Shown here: positions 24,337 through 34,255 of the stretch, piece by piece
Layout: each line of letters starts with the position of its first letter
Position numbering within the stretch: position 1 is the first letter of the stretch
Origin: Syntrophus sp. GWC2_56_31
GTDB lineage: Bacteria; Desulfobacterota; Syntrophia; Syntrophales; UBA5619
NCBI GenBank assembly: GCA_001829875.1
Contig: MICN01000097.1
Location: 1-51,617, forward strand
Length of the DNA: 51,617 bases
Direction: 5' to 3'
The notes under the pieces: generated by a model
The model's input: only the letters and a program-made list of their open reading frames with translations
The model's database searches: none
What the model was told of the DNA's origin: nothing
Program-made: the position numbers and the translations under genes

Positions 24337-25365
24337 TCAACTTCCGTCTCCACCGACCGGGGGCGCCAGATCCGGAGGCTTGACGGGTACTGGTGTTTGC
24401 GCGTCACGGGATGTCCTGCCCTTGTAGATGAAGCGATCGAACAAGCGGTGATAGGGCGTCCAGTCCGACTCCTCATCCCGGGCGTCTCTAATGGTTTCCT
24501 GGAAGGCATTCACCTTGGCGTCCAGGTCGTCCATGAAATGGACAATCAGAGCCTCCAGTGTTTTTGGCCGCTTGGGTGAACCGTACTCGAGAATACCATG
24601 ATGGCTGAGGATGAGGTGGCGAAGTTCCATGGCCACCGCTTCGGGAAAATCAGGGATGGCTGCGATCTTCCGATCGACCATCTCCACACCCATGACGATA
24701 TGTCCGATCAGCCGTCCAGGATCGCTGTACTCCACAATCCGCTCATAGGAAAATTCGTAAATCTTCCCGATATCGTGGAGGATGCCGCCTGCGATCAGGA
24801 GATCCCGGTCGATCCCCCGGTAGTGGCCGGCCGCCAGATCGAGCAGACGAACGACGGATAGAGTATGTTCCAAAAGGCCTCCAATGTAGACATGGTGAAA
24901 CCCTTTGGCCGCGGGCGCCCTTCGGAAGAGCGCGGTGAGCGTCTCATCCTCGAAGAATGATCGCAGGAGTGCGGAAAGACATGGTGTTTTGACCTGCTCG
25001 ACATAACCGAGGATGCCCGAGTACATCGCTGCGAGATCCCCTCTCGCTACCGGAAAATAGTCGGCCAGTTCGACCTCCCCATCTTCGACCTTACCGAGCT
25101 CGATGATCGAAAGCTGGATGGCATTTTTGAAACTCAGCGCCCGCGCCTGGATACGAATCAAGTCGCCCTTTTTGAACACCTTCTCCCAGGTCAAGGCATT
25201 TTCCCAGACCTTCCCGTCCACGTCCCCGGTCCTGTCCCGCAGACGGAGATTCAGATAGGGAGCTCCCTTCTGGGAATAGGCAAGGTTTTTCTCCGCCGCC
25301 AGAAAAACTTCATTCACCTTGTCCCCGCTCTTGATATCTTTCACGTAAATCGATTTCGGTTTCAC
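24337..25365 (-). CDS. YhaM-like 3'-5' exoribonuclease (OB-fold plus HD domain)
   Basis: N-terminal OB fold (YLNLRLRDRTGDVDGKVWE) and an HD domain (HHVYIGGLLEHTLSV...GGILHDIGK...LILSHHG). Starts 31 nt downstream of selB on the same strand. Confidence 0.75.
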   Translation of the reverse strand: MKPKSIYVKDIKSGDKVNEVFLAAEKNLAYSQKGAPYLNLRLRDRTGDVDGKVWENALTWEKVFKKGDLIRIQARALSFKNAIQLSIIELGKVEDGEVELADYFPVARGDLAAMYSGILGYVEQVKTPCLSALLRSFFEDETLTALFRRAPAAKGFHHVYIGGLLEHTLSVVRLLDLAAGHYRGIDRDLLIAGGILHDIGKIYEFSYERIVEYSDPGRLIGHIVMGVEMVDRKIAAIPDFPEAVAMELRHLILSHHGILEYGSPKRPKTLEALIVHFMDDLDAKVNAFQETIRDARDEESDWTPYHRLFDRFIYKGRTSRDAQTPVPVKPPDLAPPVGGDGS

Positions 25366-25396
25366 ATTTCCACCCGTCCTTCATGAAAAATATGAT

Positions 25397-27322
25397 TCAC
25401 TTTTCCTGTCTTTCGCGGAGGATCCGGTGTTCTCCCGTCCGCACGGTCAGTTTCGTCATATCGAAATACTCCATCAGAGGGATGATGAATTTTCGCGTAA
25501 GGCCGGTCATCTCTTTGAAGTTCGCCGGTGTTGCCCGGCCTTCTTTGATCAGAAATTGCCGGTAATCCTCACGAAGCCGCGCCAAGGCATCCTTGTGGAA
25601 GTTCAGATCTTCACTGATCCTAAACAGGTCCCCCTCACGGGTCATTACCTGGATGAGGTTTACGATCTCTTTTTTCCGGTCGGGAAACCGCTCCAGGACC
25701 TCCCTTACAGTCGGCGGCGCCAGTCCGCCCTCCCGATACAGACCGTCAATTTTTTCCCTCAGATCTCCCATCTCCCCCTTCAACTGGACACGATGCCCCG
25801 TCAGACGTGTCATTTCCTTCTCGGCGATGATTTCTCCCCTTTTTTCGAGATCCCTAAGGGCCATGCCGAAGATCTTCGGATCGACCCCATCGCCCATTTC
25901 GAGCGTCGTCCGGAGCTCCTCCCGGGACAGTCCCTCTTTCAGAGGAAATTGTTGATGATAATCTTCAAGTTCCCGGATGATCTCTTCCTGCAAACCGGTA
26001 TAAACCGACCCGGATAGGATCCTCGTCTCTTCCCGGTCTACGAGAATGGCTTCCTTTACGGAAAACATCCGCTCCAGGAGCTTGCGGAGCTCAGACCGGC
26101 GGATCCCTGTCCGAACCACGAGGCGGGATTCCGTGATGCCGCCGATACCGGCCCTCGCCATGATGACGGCCACCTTCTCACTCTCGCCCCCGCTGGAAAG
26201 ACGTCGGAATTCCTCCCGAATACTCTCTGCAAATCGCTTGTGTTTCACGGTCAGAGGATCGACGATCTCGCCACCCCCGATCGTCGTTACGGGGGAATAC
26301 CCCCGAACAACAAACCGGTCCCCGGCTACGGCAGCCAGCGGGGAATCGAGGACAAGCTGGGCGAAACCCTCCCCACCGGGTTCCAGTTCATCTCGGTCCA
26401 GAAGGATCAACCGCGCCATGACCTCGCTTGTGCCTGTATGAAAACGGACGAGGGTGCGGTTTTTCGCTTTCCGTCCGGCGCCGGCAAGATGGCGATAGAC
26501 ACAATCAAGGCGTTGCGACGCGACCAGGGCATTGGGCCCGGCAAGAACATATCCCCGCTCGATGACCGCCCTGTCTACCCCTTGAAGGTTGACGGCTGTC
26601 CGCTGCCCCGCTTCGGCGCTCTCCACGACCCGGTTATGGACCTGAATTCCCCTCACTCTGGCCCGTAACCCGACGGGGAAGATCTCCACCTCCTCACCGG
26701 TGGCCACCTTTCCGGAGGCTAATGTCCCCGTGACGACGGTACCGAAACCCTTCATCGTAAAAACACGGTCGACGGGCAGACGGAAGAGCCCGACATCGGC
26801 CGCCTCTTCCACCTCGTCCGCCACTCGAGCGATGGTCGCTATGAGCTCGGGAAACCCATCCCCCGTCAGGGAAGAGACCGGAACGAGCGGCGCTCTCTCC
26901 AGAAAAGTCCCTCCGAGAAATTCACGGACGTCCTCCCTGACCAGCGTCAGCCACTCCTCATCCACCATGTCAACCTTGGTGAGGGCGACAAACCCCTTTC
27001 GTATCCCGAGAAGGGTGCAGATCTGCAAGTGCTCCCGGGTCTGCGGCATAATTCCTTCATCGGCCGCGATCACCATCACCACAAGATCGATGCCGGCAGC
27101 GCCGGCTACCATGTTCCGGACAAACCGCTCGTGACCCGGGACATCGACGACACCGAGGACTCGACCATCGGGGAGAGACAGCGAGGCGAAGCCGAGCTCG
27201 ATGGTGATTCCACGCTCTTTTTCCTCTTTTAGCCGGTCGGTGTCCACGCCGGTGAGCCGCTTGATCAGTGCTGTCTTACCATGATCCACATGGCCGGCCG
27301 TACCCATTACGATATGCTTCAT
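25397..27322 (-). CDS. selB: selenocysteine-specific translation elongation factor SelB
   Basis: GTPase motifs [21 protein letters not shown] and TKVD, EF-Tu-like domains II and III, and a long C-terminal winged-helix region. ATG 27322 ([11 protein letters not shown]) is preferred over the extended track ORF start at 27592. Confidence 0.93.
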   Translation of the reverse strand: MKHIVMGTAGHVDHGKTALIKRLTGVDTDRLKEEKERGITIELGFASLSLPDGRVLGVVDVPGHERFVRNMVAGAAGIDLVVMVIAADEGIMPQTREHLQICTLLGIRKGFVALTKVDMVDEEWLTLVREDVREFLGGTFLERAPLVPVSSLTGDGFPELIATIARVADEVEEAADVGLFRLPVDRVFTMKGFGTVVTGTLASGKVATGEEVEIFPVGLRARVRGIQVHNRVVESAEAGQRTAVNLQGVDRAVIERGYVLAGPNALVASQRLDCVYRHLAGAGRKAKNRTLVRFHTGTSEVMARLILLDRDELEPGGEGFAQLVLDSPLAAVAGDRFVVRGYSPVTTIGGGEIVDPLTVKHKRFAESIREEFRRLSSGGESEKVAVIMARAGIGGITESRLVVRTGIRRSELRKLLERMFSVKEAILVDREETRILSGSVYTGLQEEIIRELEDYHQQFPLKEGLSREELRTTLEMGDGVDPKIFGMALRDLEKRGEIIAEKEMTRLTGHRVQLKGEMGDLREKIDGLYREGGLAPPTVREVLERFPDRKKEIVNLIQVMTREGDLFRISEDLNFHKDALARLREDYRQFLIKEGRATPANFKEMTGLTRKFIIPLMEYFDMTKLTVRTGEHRILRERQEK

Positions 27323-27387
27323 AAACGAGAAGGTAACAGACTCATCGCCTTTTCTCAACAGCAAAATAGACAGTTCTTGACAAACGA

Positions 27388-27396
27388 TGATATAAT
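27388..27396 (+). promoter_or_regulatory. extended -10 promoter candidate (TGaTATAAT) for ruvX-mltG
   Basis: TGnTATAAT lies about 47 nt upstream of GTG 27443. The nearby TTGACA (27377-27382) is only 8 nt away, so it is not a functional -35 for this -10. Confidence 0.35.
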
Positions 27397-27442
27397 AGCT
27401 CAGAAAATACCGATGTTGAACAGTGACGCTAAAGAGGACACA

Positions 27443-27889
27443 GTGAGGATACTGGGGATCGATTACGGCGACCGGCGAATCGGAGTCGCCGTCTGCGATG
27501 AACTTGGAATGACTGCCCAGGGAGCGGCGACTCTCAAGCGAAAGAATCGCGCGGCGGACATCGAGGCGATCGCCGAACTGGTGCGACGTCACGACGTCGT
27601 GCAGATCGTTATCGGCTACCCTCTCCGACTCGACGGGAGCAAAGGAATTCAGTGCGAGAAGGTCAATCGGTTTTGCCGGCGTTTGGAGGCCCGCCTTTCA
27701 CTTCCCGTCATCCGTTGGGACGAAACCCTCTCCACAAAAGAGGCCGACGATATCCTTCGCCGGGCCGGTGTGCCTCCGAAGAAAAGAAAAGGGATTGTCG
27801 ACCGCGTTGCCGCCTCCGTCATCCTCCAGGGATATCTCGACGCGCTGGCGCGCGGGGAAAAGGGCGAGAGTGTAAATAGAAACAAATGA
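27443..27889 (+). CDS. ruvX: Holliday-junction resolvase-like nuclease RuvX (YqgF)
   Basis: VRILGIDYGDRRIGVAVCD is the YqgF N-terminal motif. GTG 27443 follows AAGAGGA; in-frame ATG 27413 is an alternative start. Confidence 0.85.
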   Translation: MRILGIDYGDRRIGVAVCDELGMTAQGAATLKRKNRAADIEAIAELVRRHDVVQIVIGYPLRLDGSKGIQCEKVNRFCRRLEARLSLPVIRWDETLSTKEADDILRRAGVPPKKRKGIVDRVAASVILQGYLDALARGEKGESVNRNK

Positions 27890-28929
27890 AACCCATCAGA
27901 AGGATCTTGGAAATCGCTGCGTTTCACAGATGGAAAACGCTTATCCTGGTTATTCTGGTCGTTATGCTGACCGGCATCGCGTTCGCCCGCTATGCCACCT
28001 CCCCCATCGACCATTCTCTCACCGCAAAGATTGTCAATATTCCCAAAGGCGAAAGTTTTTTTTGGATAAGCGAGATTCTCAATGACGCCGGTCTGGTCGA
28101 GAATCGCCTTTTCTTCTGGGCACTCGCATTCGGAAAGGGGGCGACTAAATCGATCCGGGCGGGTGAATACGAGTTTACCGGTTCGATGTCGCCTGTCGAG
28201 ATCATCGAAAAGCTGGTCCGGGGGGAGATCAAGTATTATACCGTGACGTTTCCCGAAGACATTACGGTGAACGAAGTGGCCAGAAAACTTGCCACGCTCA
28301 AGCTCATCAACGAGAAGGAGTTCGCGACCCTCGCCACCGATAAGCCGTTTCTGGCTTCGCTCGGCATCGAGAGCAACAGTATCGAGGGATACCTCTTCCC
28401 CGAAACCTATCAGTTCAACCGGTCCATGACCACCAAAGAAGTCATCCGGGTCATCGTCCGCCAGTTCTGGAAGGAGATCACGCCGGAGATGAGGAAACAG
28501 GCGGAAAAGATCGGCCTGACTCTCAACGAGTGGGTGACCCTCGCCTCCATGATCGGAAAGGAAACAGGAAACAAGGATGAAAAAACCCTTATATCCGCGG
28601 TCTTCCACAACCGCCTGGCAAGGGGGATGAAACTGCAGAGCGATCCGACCGCCGTCTATCACCTGGAACAGGAAGGCACTCCCGTCAAAACTATCCTACG
28701 AAAACACCTGACTGCAGATACCCCGTACAACACATACCGGATAACCGGCCTCCCGCCTGGGCCCATCGCCAATCCCGGCATCGATTCCCTTCGGGCCGCA
28801 CTCCACCCCGACCGTGTCGGCTACCTCTATTTCGTGTCGACCAACGACGGATCACATTATTTTTCCTCCAACCTCGACACGCACAGCCAAGCCGTCTCAA
28901 AATATCAGATTAACAGGCAAAAAAAATAA
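27886..28929 (+). CDS. mltG: endolytic murein transglycosylase MltG (YceG family)
   Basis: N-terminal TM span and the YceG motifs EGYLFPETY and LASMIGKE...VFHNRL. ATGA overlap with the ruvX stop. Confidence 0.9.
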   Translation: MKPIRRILEIAAFHRWKTLILVILVVMLTGIAFARYATSPIDHSLTAKIVNIPKGESFFWISEILNDAGLVENRLFFWALAFGKGATKSIRAGEYEFTGSMSPVEIIEKLVRGEIKYYTVTFPEDITVNEVARKLATLKLINEKEFATLATDKPFLASLGIESNSIEGYLFPETYQFNRSMTTKEVIRVIVRQFWKEITPEMRKQAEKIGLTLNEWVTLASMIGKETGNKDEKTLISAVFHNRLARGMKLQSDPTAVYHLEQEGTPVKTILRKHLTADTPYNTYRITGLPPGPIANPGIDSLRAALHPDRVGYLYFVSTNDGSHYFSSNLDTHSQAVSKYQINRQKK

Positions 28930-28939
28930 AAAATTTTTC

Positions 28940-28968
28940 TTGACAAAGCAGAAATCCTCCTCTATCCT
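28940..28968 (+). promoter_or_regulatory. dcw-cluster promoter candidate (Pmra-like): TTGACA-17 nt-TATCCT
   Basis: Perfect -35 at 28940-28945, a 17-nt spacer and a -10 at 28963-28968, 46 nt upstream of the mraZ ATG. Confidence 0.5.
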
Positions 28969-28975
28969 GGCCCCA

Positions 28976-29002
28976 AAGTGGAGTAAAGTGGTTTATAGTG
29001 GA
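28976..29002 (+). promoter_or_regulatory. three direct AGTGG repeats at exact 10-bp spacing (putative MraZ operator boxes)
   Basis: GTGG occurs at 28978, 28988 and 28998, between the -10 and the mraZ RBS. In E. coli, MraZ binds three direct repeats with 10-bp periodicity at this position. Confidence 0.45.
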
Positions 29003-29013
29003 GGAAAAATCCC

Positions 29014-29460
29014 ATGTCCGTGTTTCGGGGCCAATATTACCACACCATCGATGACAAAGGGAGGGTCATTTTTCCATCCCGGCTCCGCGAAGTATTTTCC
29101 GAGAAGTACGACAACCATCTCGTGATCACAAACTGGGACGGCTATCTGATGGTCTTCCCTTACGACGAGTGGAGGGTGATCGAGGAGAAGGTTTCTCACC
29201 AGTCCCTCCTGCGGAAAGAAGTGCGCGCCTTTCAGCGGTTTTTCATGTCGGGCGCCGTCGATTGTACACTTGACGGCCAGGGGCGAATCCTCGTCCCCCC
29301 CAATCTCAGGGAATTTGCACAGCTGGAAAGAGACATTGTTCTGGCCGGAATGATCAAGGTTATCGAGATCTGGAGTAAGGAAAGATTCGAGGAGGAGATG
29401 AAAAAGAGCGGCGAAAACCTGGAGAGCTTCAGCGATTATATGGCGGATCTTGGGATATAA
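29014..29460 (+). CDS. mraZ: transcriptional regulator MraZ
   Basis: [22 protein letters not shown] and a second SpoVT/AbrB-like repeat, [13 protein letters not shown]. Confidence 0.95.
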   Translation: MSVFRGQYYHTIDDKGRVIFPSRLREVFSEKYDNHLVITNWDGYLMVFPYDEWRVIEEKVSHQSLLRKEVRAFQRFFMSGAVDCTLDGQGRILVPPNLREFAQLERDIVLAGMIKVIEIWSKERFEEEMKKSGENLESFSDYMADLGI

Positions 29461-29472
29461 AAGGCCCGGAAA

Positions 29473-30408
29473 ATGGGCGTCTTTCACATACCGGTCATGA
29501 TCAGCGAGGTTATCGCGTCCCTTCGGTGCCGGGCAGGGGCCGTGTACGTGGACGGTACGGTGGGAGGCGGAGGGCACGCCGAGGCGATCCTTCGCGGCAC
29601 GGCGCCGGATGGCATGCTGATCGGCATCGACACCGACGAAGAGGCGCTCGATGAAGCGGCAAAACGCCTGGCGCCTTTCAAAAATAGAACGATCCTGGTG
29701 AAGGGTAATTTCGCCGATATGGATGCAATTCTGACCGAGATGAATATCGGTAAGGCAGACGGGATTCTCCTTGATCTGGGAGTCTCTTCACATCAATTGG
29801 ACACGGCGTATCGGGGGTTCAGTTTTACCCTGGACGCCCCTTTGGATATGCGGATGGACCGCAGCCGGGGAAGCAGCGCTTATGATCTCATCCAGACACT
29901 CCCGGAAGAGGAACTTGAGAGGATAATCCGAAAGTACGGTGAGGAAAGAATGGCAAGACGGGTCGCCCGATCCATAGTGGAAAAAAGGAAGGTCACTCCC
30001 ATCAGGACGACGGCCGACCTTGCCGCCGTGGTGGTCAGGGCGTTGCCCCATGTGGCCGGACGACAGCGAATCCACCCGGCGACCCGAACCTTCCAGGCCC
30101 TCCGGATCGCCGTCAACGATGAGCTCACCGGATTGCACCGGGCAATCACAGACGGGATGGAACGGCTCGGGCCGGGGGGGCGTTTTTCGGTCATCTCGTT
30201 TCATTCCCTGGAAGACCGGATCGTCAAGAGCGCCTTCCGCATTGGAGAAAAGGGTTGCATCTGTCCCCCCGATCTCCCCGTCTGCGCCTGCCGACGGACG
30301 CCTACGCTGAAGGTCATCACACGAAAACCGATCATTCCCGGTGAGGCGGAAATCACGAGTAATCCGCGCTCAAGAAGTGCAAAACTCCGGACAGCAGAGA
30401 GGATCTGA
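29473..30408 (+). CDS. rsmH: 16S rRNA (cytosine1402-N4)-methyltransferase RsmH
   Basis: HIPVM..EV, DGTVGGGGHA, LLDLGVSSHQLD and SFHSLEDRIVK are canonical RsmH motifs. Confidence 0.95.
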   Translation: MGVFHIPVMISEVIASLRCRAGAVYVDGTVGGGGHAEAILRGTAPDGMLIGIDTDEEALDEAAKRLAPFKNRTILVKGNFADMDAILTEMNIGKADGILLDLGVSSHQLDTAYRGFSFTLDAPLDMRMDRSRGSSAYDLIQTLPEEELERIIRKYGEERMARRVARSIVEKRKVTPIRTTADLAAVVVRALPHVAGRQRIHPATRTFQALRIAVNDELTGLHRAITDGMERLGPGGRFSVISFHSLEDRIVKSAFRIGEKGCICPPDLPVCACRRTPTLKVITRKPIIPGEAEITSNPRSRSAKLRTAERI

Positions 30409-30410
30409 CT

Positions 30411-30731
30411 ATGCAGGCCGTAGAAGTTCTCAGACAGACAGTTCGTGAGCACGACAGGACTCCCGCCAATGTCGGCTACTCCGCCTGGATTTTCATCACT
30501 ACGGTTCTGATGGCGGTTTTGCTGATCTATGTCTGGAGCCACATCCACATGACGGAGCTGGAGTACCAGATCGCCAGAGAGCTGAGCAGCAAAGAGCAGT
30601 ACAGCGAAGAGCAGGCCAAGCTGAAGGTCGAACTCGCCACGCTGAAATCACCCCAGCGGATCGAAATCATCGCCCGGGAAAAGCTTCAGATGACGTATCC
30701 GGGAAGGGAACAGGTTATTCTACTCAAATGA
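30411..30731 (+). CDS. ftsL: cell division protein FtsL-like
   Basis: 106 aa with a single TM span followed by a coiled coil. Sits between rsmH and ftsI. Confidence 0.7.
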   Translation: MQAVEVLRQTVREHDRTPANVGYSAWIFITTVLMAVLLIYVWSHIHMTELEYQIARELSSKEQYSEEQAKLKVELATLKSPQRIEIIAREKLQMTYPGREQVILLK

Positions 30732-32713
30732 GCGGCGCATCCCAAAAATGGCTCAAATTTCGAATCGCCACCCTTTTGGCCTTCTTCCTGGTGCTCTTCA
30801 TCGCCCTGGGTTCGCGCGCCTTTCAACTCCAGATTCTTTCAAGCAAAGCGCTCAAAACCCTCGCCGCCGAACAGCATACCCAGACTCTCCAGTTGCAGCC
30901 CGACCGCGGAATTGTCTTTGACCGGAATGGAGAAAAGCTGGCAGCCACCATTTTGGTCGATTCCGTCTGCGCCGATCCTTCCAAAATAAGCGATCTCGGT
31001 GAAACCGCCGCAAATCTGGCCTCGATCCTCCATATGGATAAGAAGACGATACAGAAAAAACTCTCCAGCGTGAAGAATTTCTCCTGGATCACCCGGAGGA
31101 TAGCCCCCGAACAGGCCGCTCGCGTGAGTGAATTAGGCATCGAAGGGATTTTCATTGTTAAGGAGCCGAAACGATTCTATCCTTCCGGGGAGCTGGCCGG
31201 CCATCTTATCGGTTTTGTCGGCAGCGATGCCGTTGGACTGGAAGGGCTGGAACTCAAATATGACAAGCAACTCAGAGGTACACCCGAAAAATTGCTATGG
31301 ACGCGGGACGCCAAAGGGAAAAAGCTCTATCCCCGGGTGCAGAGACCCGCATCCGCCACCGGGGAGAACTACAACCTCATTCTGACTATCGACAGCCGTA
31401 TCCAGCACCTCGTGGAATCCCATCTGAAGGCGGCGGTGAAAGCCAAAGGGGCAAAGGGGGGTTTTGCCATCGTCATGGATCCCCGGACGGGTGAAATCCT
31501 GGCAATGGCCAACGAGATGGGATTCGATCCCAACACCTTCTCCACGATCAACCCCGCAACGGGGAAAAACAAGGCCATTACCGACTGCTTCGATCCCGGC
31601 TCCACCTTCAAGCCTTTTCTGGCGGCGGCAGCGCTTGAAGAAGGCGTGGTCAAAGAAACGGACATGTTCAACTGTGAAAACGGCGCGTACAAGATTGCCG
31701 ACCGGGTCATTCATGAGGCCCAGCGCAAGCGTCACGGCGCCCTGTCTTTCCACGACATCCTCAAATACTCCAGCAATATCGGCTCGGTCAAGGTGGCGGA
31801 GAAGCTCGGCAAAGAGGCGTTCTACGAGTACATCCGCAAGTTCGGATTTGGCGCCAAGACCGGGATCGACCTACCGGGCGAGGTGAGCGGACTTCTCAGG
31901 CCGGTGGAAAAATGGACGCGGGTGGATGCGTCGACCATCGCCTTTGGGCAAGGGATTTCCGTGACCGCCATTCAACTGATCACCGCCCTGTCTGCCATCG
32001 CCAACAAAGGGGTCCTGATGAAACCCTTCGTCGTCCGGGGGCTCATGGACAGGAAAGGAAAGCTTATACAGACGTATCATCCCACAGTCGTCCGTCGGGT
32101 CATTTCCCCAGAGACCGCCAAAACGCTCACCACCATTCTGACCGACGTCGTCGGCGCAAAAGACGGCACCGGCAAACACGCCCGCATCGTAAACATCGCC
32201 GTCGCCGGAAAAACGGGAACCTCGCAGAAATTCGATTTCTCCCGGCATGTCTACTCCAGCGAAAGGGTGAAGACCTCCTTTATAGGGTTCTTCCCGGCGG
32301 AGGATCCGCAGCTCTCCATCCTGGTCATTCTTGACGAACCTCAACGCGACAAGTGGGGCGGCGTGGCCGCGGCCCCGGTCTTCAGAGAGATCGGGGAGCA
32401 GCTTCTGACCCGCTTCAGGACGAACATCCGGGACAATCCTATCCAGGAAGAGGCAAATCCGGGTGTAAAAGTGAAGGTGAACCTGGCATCCGCGTCCGCA
32501 CCGCTTGCAGTGGATAAGACGATGGAGGCGGATGATTCCCTCATCCCCGACTTCCGGGGGATGACGATCCGCGAGGTGCTGAAGAAGTCTAAAGAAAAAG
32601 GATTGGAAGCCCGGGTCATCGGAAGCGGTTGGGCGACTACACAAAGACCGGCAGCCGGCCTCCCTGTACCGAAGGACCGTCTGTGCACCGTCACCTTCAG
32701 CATGGGTTCATGA
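30728..32713 (+). CDS. ftsI: peptidoglycan D,D-transpeptidase FtsI (PBP3 class) with C-terminal PASTA-like domain
   Basis: TM anchor, PBP dimerisation domain, then transpeptidase motifs STFKP, SSN and KTGT. The last ~60 aa are PASTA-like (PDFRGMTIREVLKKSKEKGLEARVIGSGWATTQRPAAG). Confidence 0.9.
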   Translation: MSGASQKWLKFRIATLLAFFLVLFIALGSRAFQLQILSSKALKTLAAEQHTQTLQLQPDRGIVFDRNGEKLAATILVDSVCADPSKISDLGETAANLASILHMDKKTIQKKLSSVKNFSWITRRIAPEQAARVSELGIEGIFIVKEPKRFYPSGELAGHLIGFVGSDAVGLEGLELKYDKQLRGTPEKLLWTRDAKGKKLYPRVQRPASATGENYNLILTIDSRIQHLVESHLKAAVKAKGAKGGFAIVMDPRTGEILAMANEMGFDPNTFSTINPATGKNKAITDCFDPGSTFKPFLAAAALEEGVVKETDMFNCENGAYKIADRVIHEAQRKRHGALSFHDILKYSSNIGSVKVAEKLGKEAFYEYIRKFGFGAKTGIDLPGEVSGLLRPVEKWTRVDASTIAFGQGISVTAIQLITALSAIANKGVLMKPFVVRGLMDRKGKLIQTYHPTVVRRVISPETAKTLTTILTDVVGAKDGTGKHARIVNIAVAGKTGTSQKFDFSRHVYSSERVKTSFIGFFPAEDPQLSILVILDEPQRDKWGGVAAAPVFREIGEQLLTRFRTNIRDNPIQEEANPGVKVKVNLASASAPLAVDKTMEADDSLIPDFRGMTIREVLKKSKEKGLEARVIGSGWATTQRPAAGLPVPKDRLCTVTFSMGS

Positions 32714-32722
32714 GAGGTTTCG

Positions 32723-34255
32723 ATGCGACTGTCGCTGCTGATGAGGGGAAGCGAAGCGCTAGGTTTCTCCGGAAATCCGGACGGCGAAGTTGCGTCGATT
32801 TGCTACGATTCCCGTCAGTGCGGACAAGGCAGTCTCTTTGTGGCAATTTCCGGCCTTAAGGAGGATGGCCATACATTCATTGCCGATGCCCTGGCCCGAG
32901 GCGCCCGATTCATCATCCATGAAAGGGAGTTTCTCCCCCCCGCCGGGGTGACCGCCGTCCGGGTGCGGGACTCTCGGCGCTGTCTCGGCGTCCTCGGAAA
33001 AAACTTTTTCGGAGATCCCTCCGCAGCACTGCGTCTTATCGCCATCGTGGGAACCAACGGCAAGACCACCGTGACTTACCTGCTCGAATCCATCCTTCGA
33101 GCGGCGGGACATAACGTCGGCGTCCTGGGTACGATCAATTACCGCTTTGGCGGAAACAGTTTCCCCGCACCCAACACCACTCCGGAATCCTTCGAAATGC
33201 AGAGGATTCTCCGAGAGATGACCAATCACGGGGTGACCCATTGCGTCGCCGAGGTCTCCTCGCATGCCATCGATCTTCGAAGGGTGGACGACTGCGCATT
33301 CGACCTCGGGGTTTTCACCAACCTCACGCAGGACCACCTCGACTATCACGGGACGATAGAAACCTACTACCAGGCAAAGAAGCGTTTTTTTTCCGAGGTG
33401 CTCCCCACCGGGGGAAAATCTCATCAGCAAAGGATGATCGTCAACAACGACGACCCCTGGGGGCAGCGCCTCCTCGAGGAGGTCATTGCCGGAGGTCTTA
33501 CCTACGGCCTTGAAAATTCCTGTAACGTCTCTGCATCCCCCTTTCACCTCACGCCCAACGGGAGCGATGCAATACTCCATTTCGGCGGCGAGCGGCTGGC
33601 CATCTCCTCCCACCTCCTGGGGAGATTCAATCTTTACAATATTCTGGCCGCCGCCGCCGCCGCTTTAGCCCTAGACATCCCCGGACGGTTGATCCGGGAG
33701 GGGATCGAGGCTCTGATCCTTGTCCCCGGACGTCTCGAAAAGGTCAGCACGGCGGGTCAACCCGCCGTTTTCGTCGATTACGCCCATACGGACGACGCCC
33801 TGCGGAGGGTCCTTCAGAATCTCTCGGAATTTTGCATGGGAAACATGATCACCGTCTTCGGGTGCGGGGGTGACCGTGACAAGGGAAAGCGTCCGCTCAT
33901 GGGAGAGGCCGCAACCGCCTATAGCGATCTGACGATTGTGACCTCGGACAACCCGCGGACGGAGGATCCGCTGGCGATCATCCGGGAAATCGAAAAAGGG
34001 ATTCGGACGGGTAAATTGGCAGATATCAGCGACGTGGCTGGGAAGCCTTCCGGTCAGCACTATCTCGTTATCCCCGATCGGAGGGAAGCTATTGCCGCGG
34101 CAATCGGCCTGGCCGGTAAAAAGGACATCGTCCTGATTGCAGGGAAAGGCCACGAGGATTACCAGATCATCGGCTCACAAAAATTCCCCTTCGACGACCG
34201 GACAATCGCCAGAGAGGAATTGTCACGATGGCAGGGGGCGAGGGACGTGTCATGA
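32723..34255 (+). CDS. murE: UDP-N-acetylmuramoyl-L-alanyl-D-glutamate--2,6-diaminopimelate ligase
   Basis: Mur ligase motifs GTNGKTT and HLDYHG, with the DNPR motif (SDNPRTEDP) indicating meso-DAP specificity. Confidence 0.95.
   Translation: MRLSLLMRGSEALGFSGNPDGEVASICYDSRQCGQGSLFVAISGLKEDGHTFIADALARGARFIIHEREFLPPAGVTAVRVRDSRRCLGVLGKNFFGDPSAALRLIAIVGTNGKTTVTYLLESILRAAGHNVGVLGTINYRFGGNSFPAPNTTPESFEMQRILREMTNHGVTHCVAEVSSHAIDLRRVDDCAFDLGVFTNLTQDHLDYHGTIETYYQAKKRFFSEVLPTGGKSHQQRMIVNNDDPWGQRLLEEVIAGGLTYGLENSCNVSASPFHLTPNGSDAILHFGGERLAISSHLLGRFNLYNILAAAAAALALDIPGRLIREGIEALILVPGRLEKVSTAGQPAVFVDYAHTDDALRRVLQNLSEFCMGNMITVFGCGGDRDKGKRPLMGEAATAYSDLTIVTSDNPRTEDPLAIIREIEKGIRTGKLADISDVAGKPSGQHYLVIPDRREAIAAAIGLAGKKDIVLIAGKGHEDYQIIGSQKFPFDDRTIAREELSRWQGARDVS

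Noticed and set aside
24181-24579. 132-aa ORF starting inside repeat copy 1 (MLRCASSFVIAAYATVRL...). A parallel short ORF exists in copy 2.
   Set aside because: The reading frame is a by-product of the palindromic repeat. Beyond the repeat it runs antisense to the YhaM-like gene. Differences between the copies are mostly non-synonymous and fit helix conservation better than protein conservation.
27377-27396. TTGACA and TATAAT both present upstream of ruvX, which look like a consensus promoter.
   Set aside because: The hexamers are only 8 nt apart, so they cannot work as a -35/-10 pair. Only the extended -10 reading (TGaTATAAT) was kept, at low confidence.
27323-27592. 90-codon N-terminal extension of the selB ORF in the track.
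   Set aside because: SelB proteins begin a few residues before the G1 motif ([11 protein letters not shown]). The extension overlaps the divergent ruvX promoter and 5' region and has no RBS. ATG 27322 was chosen.
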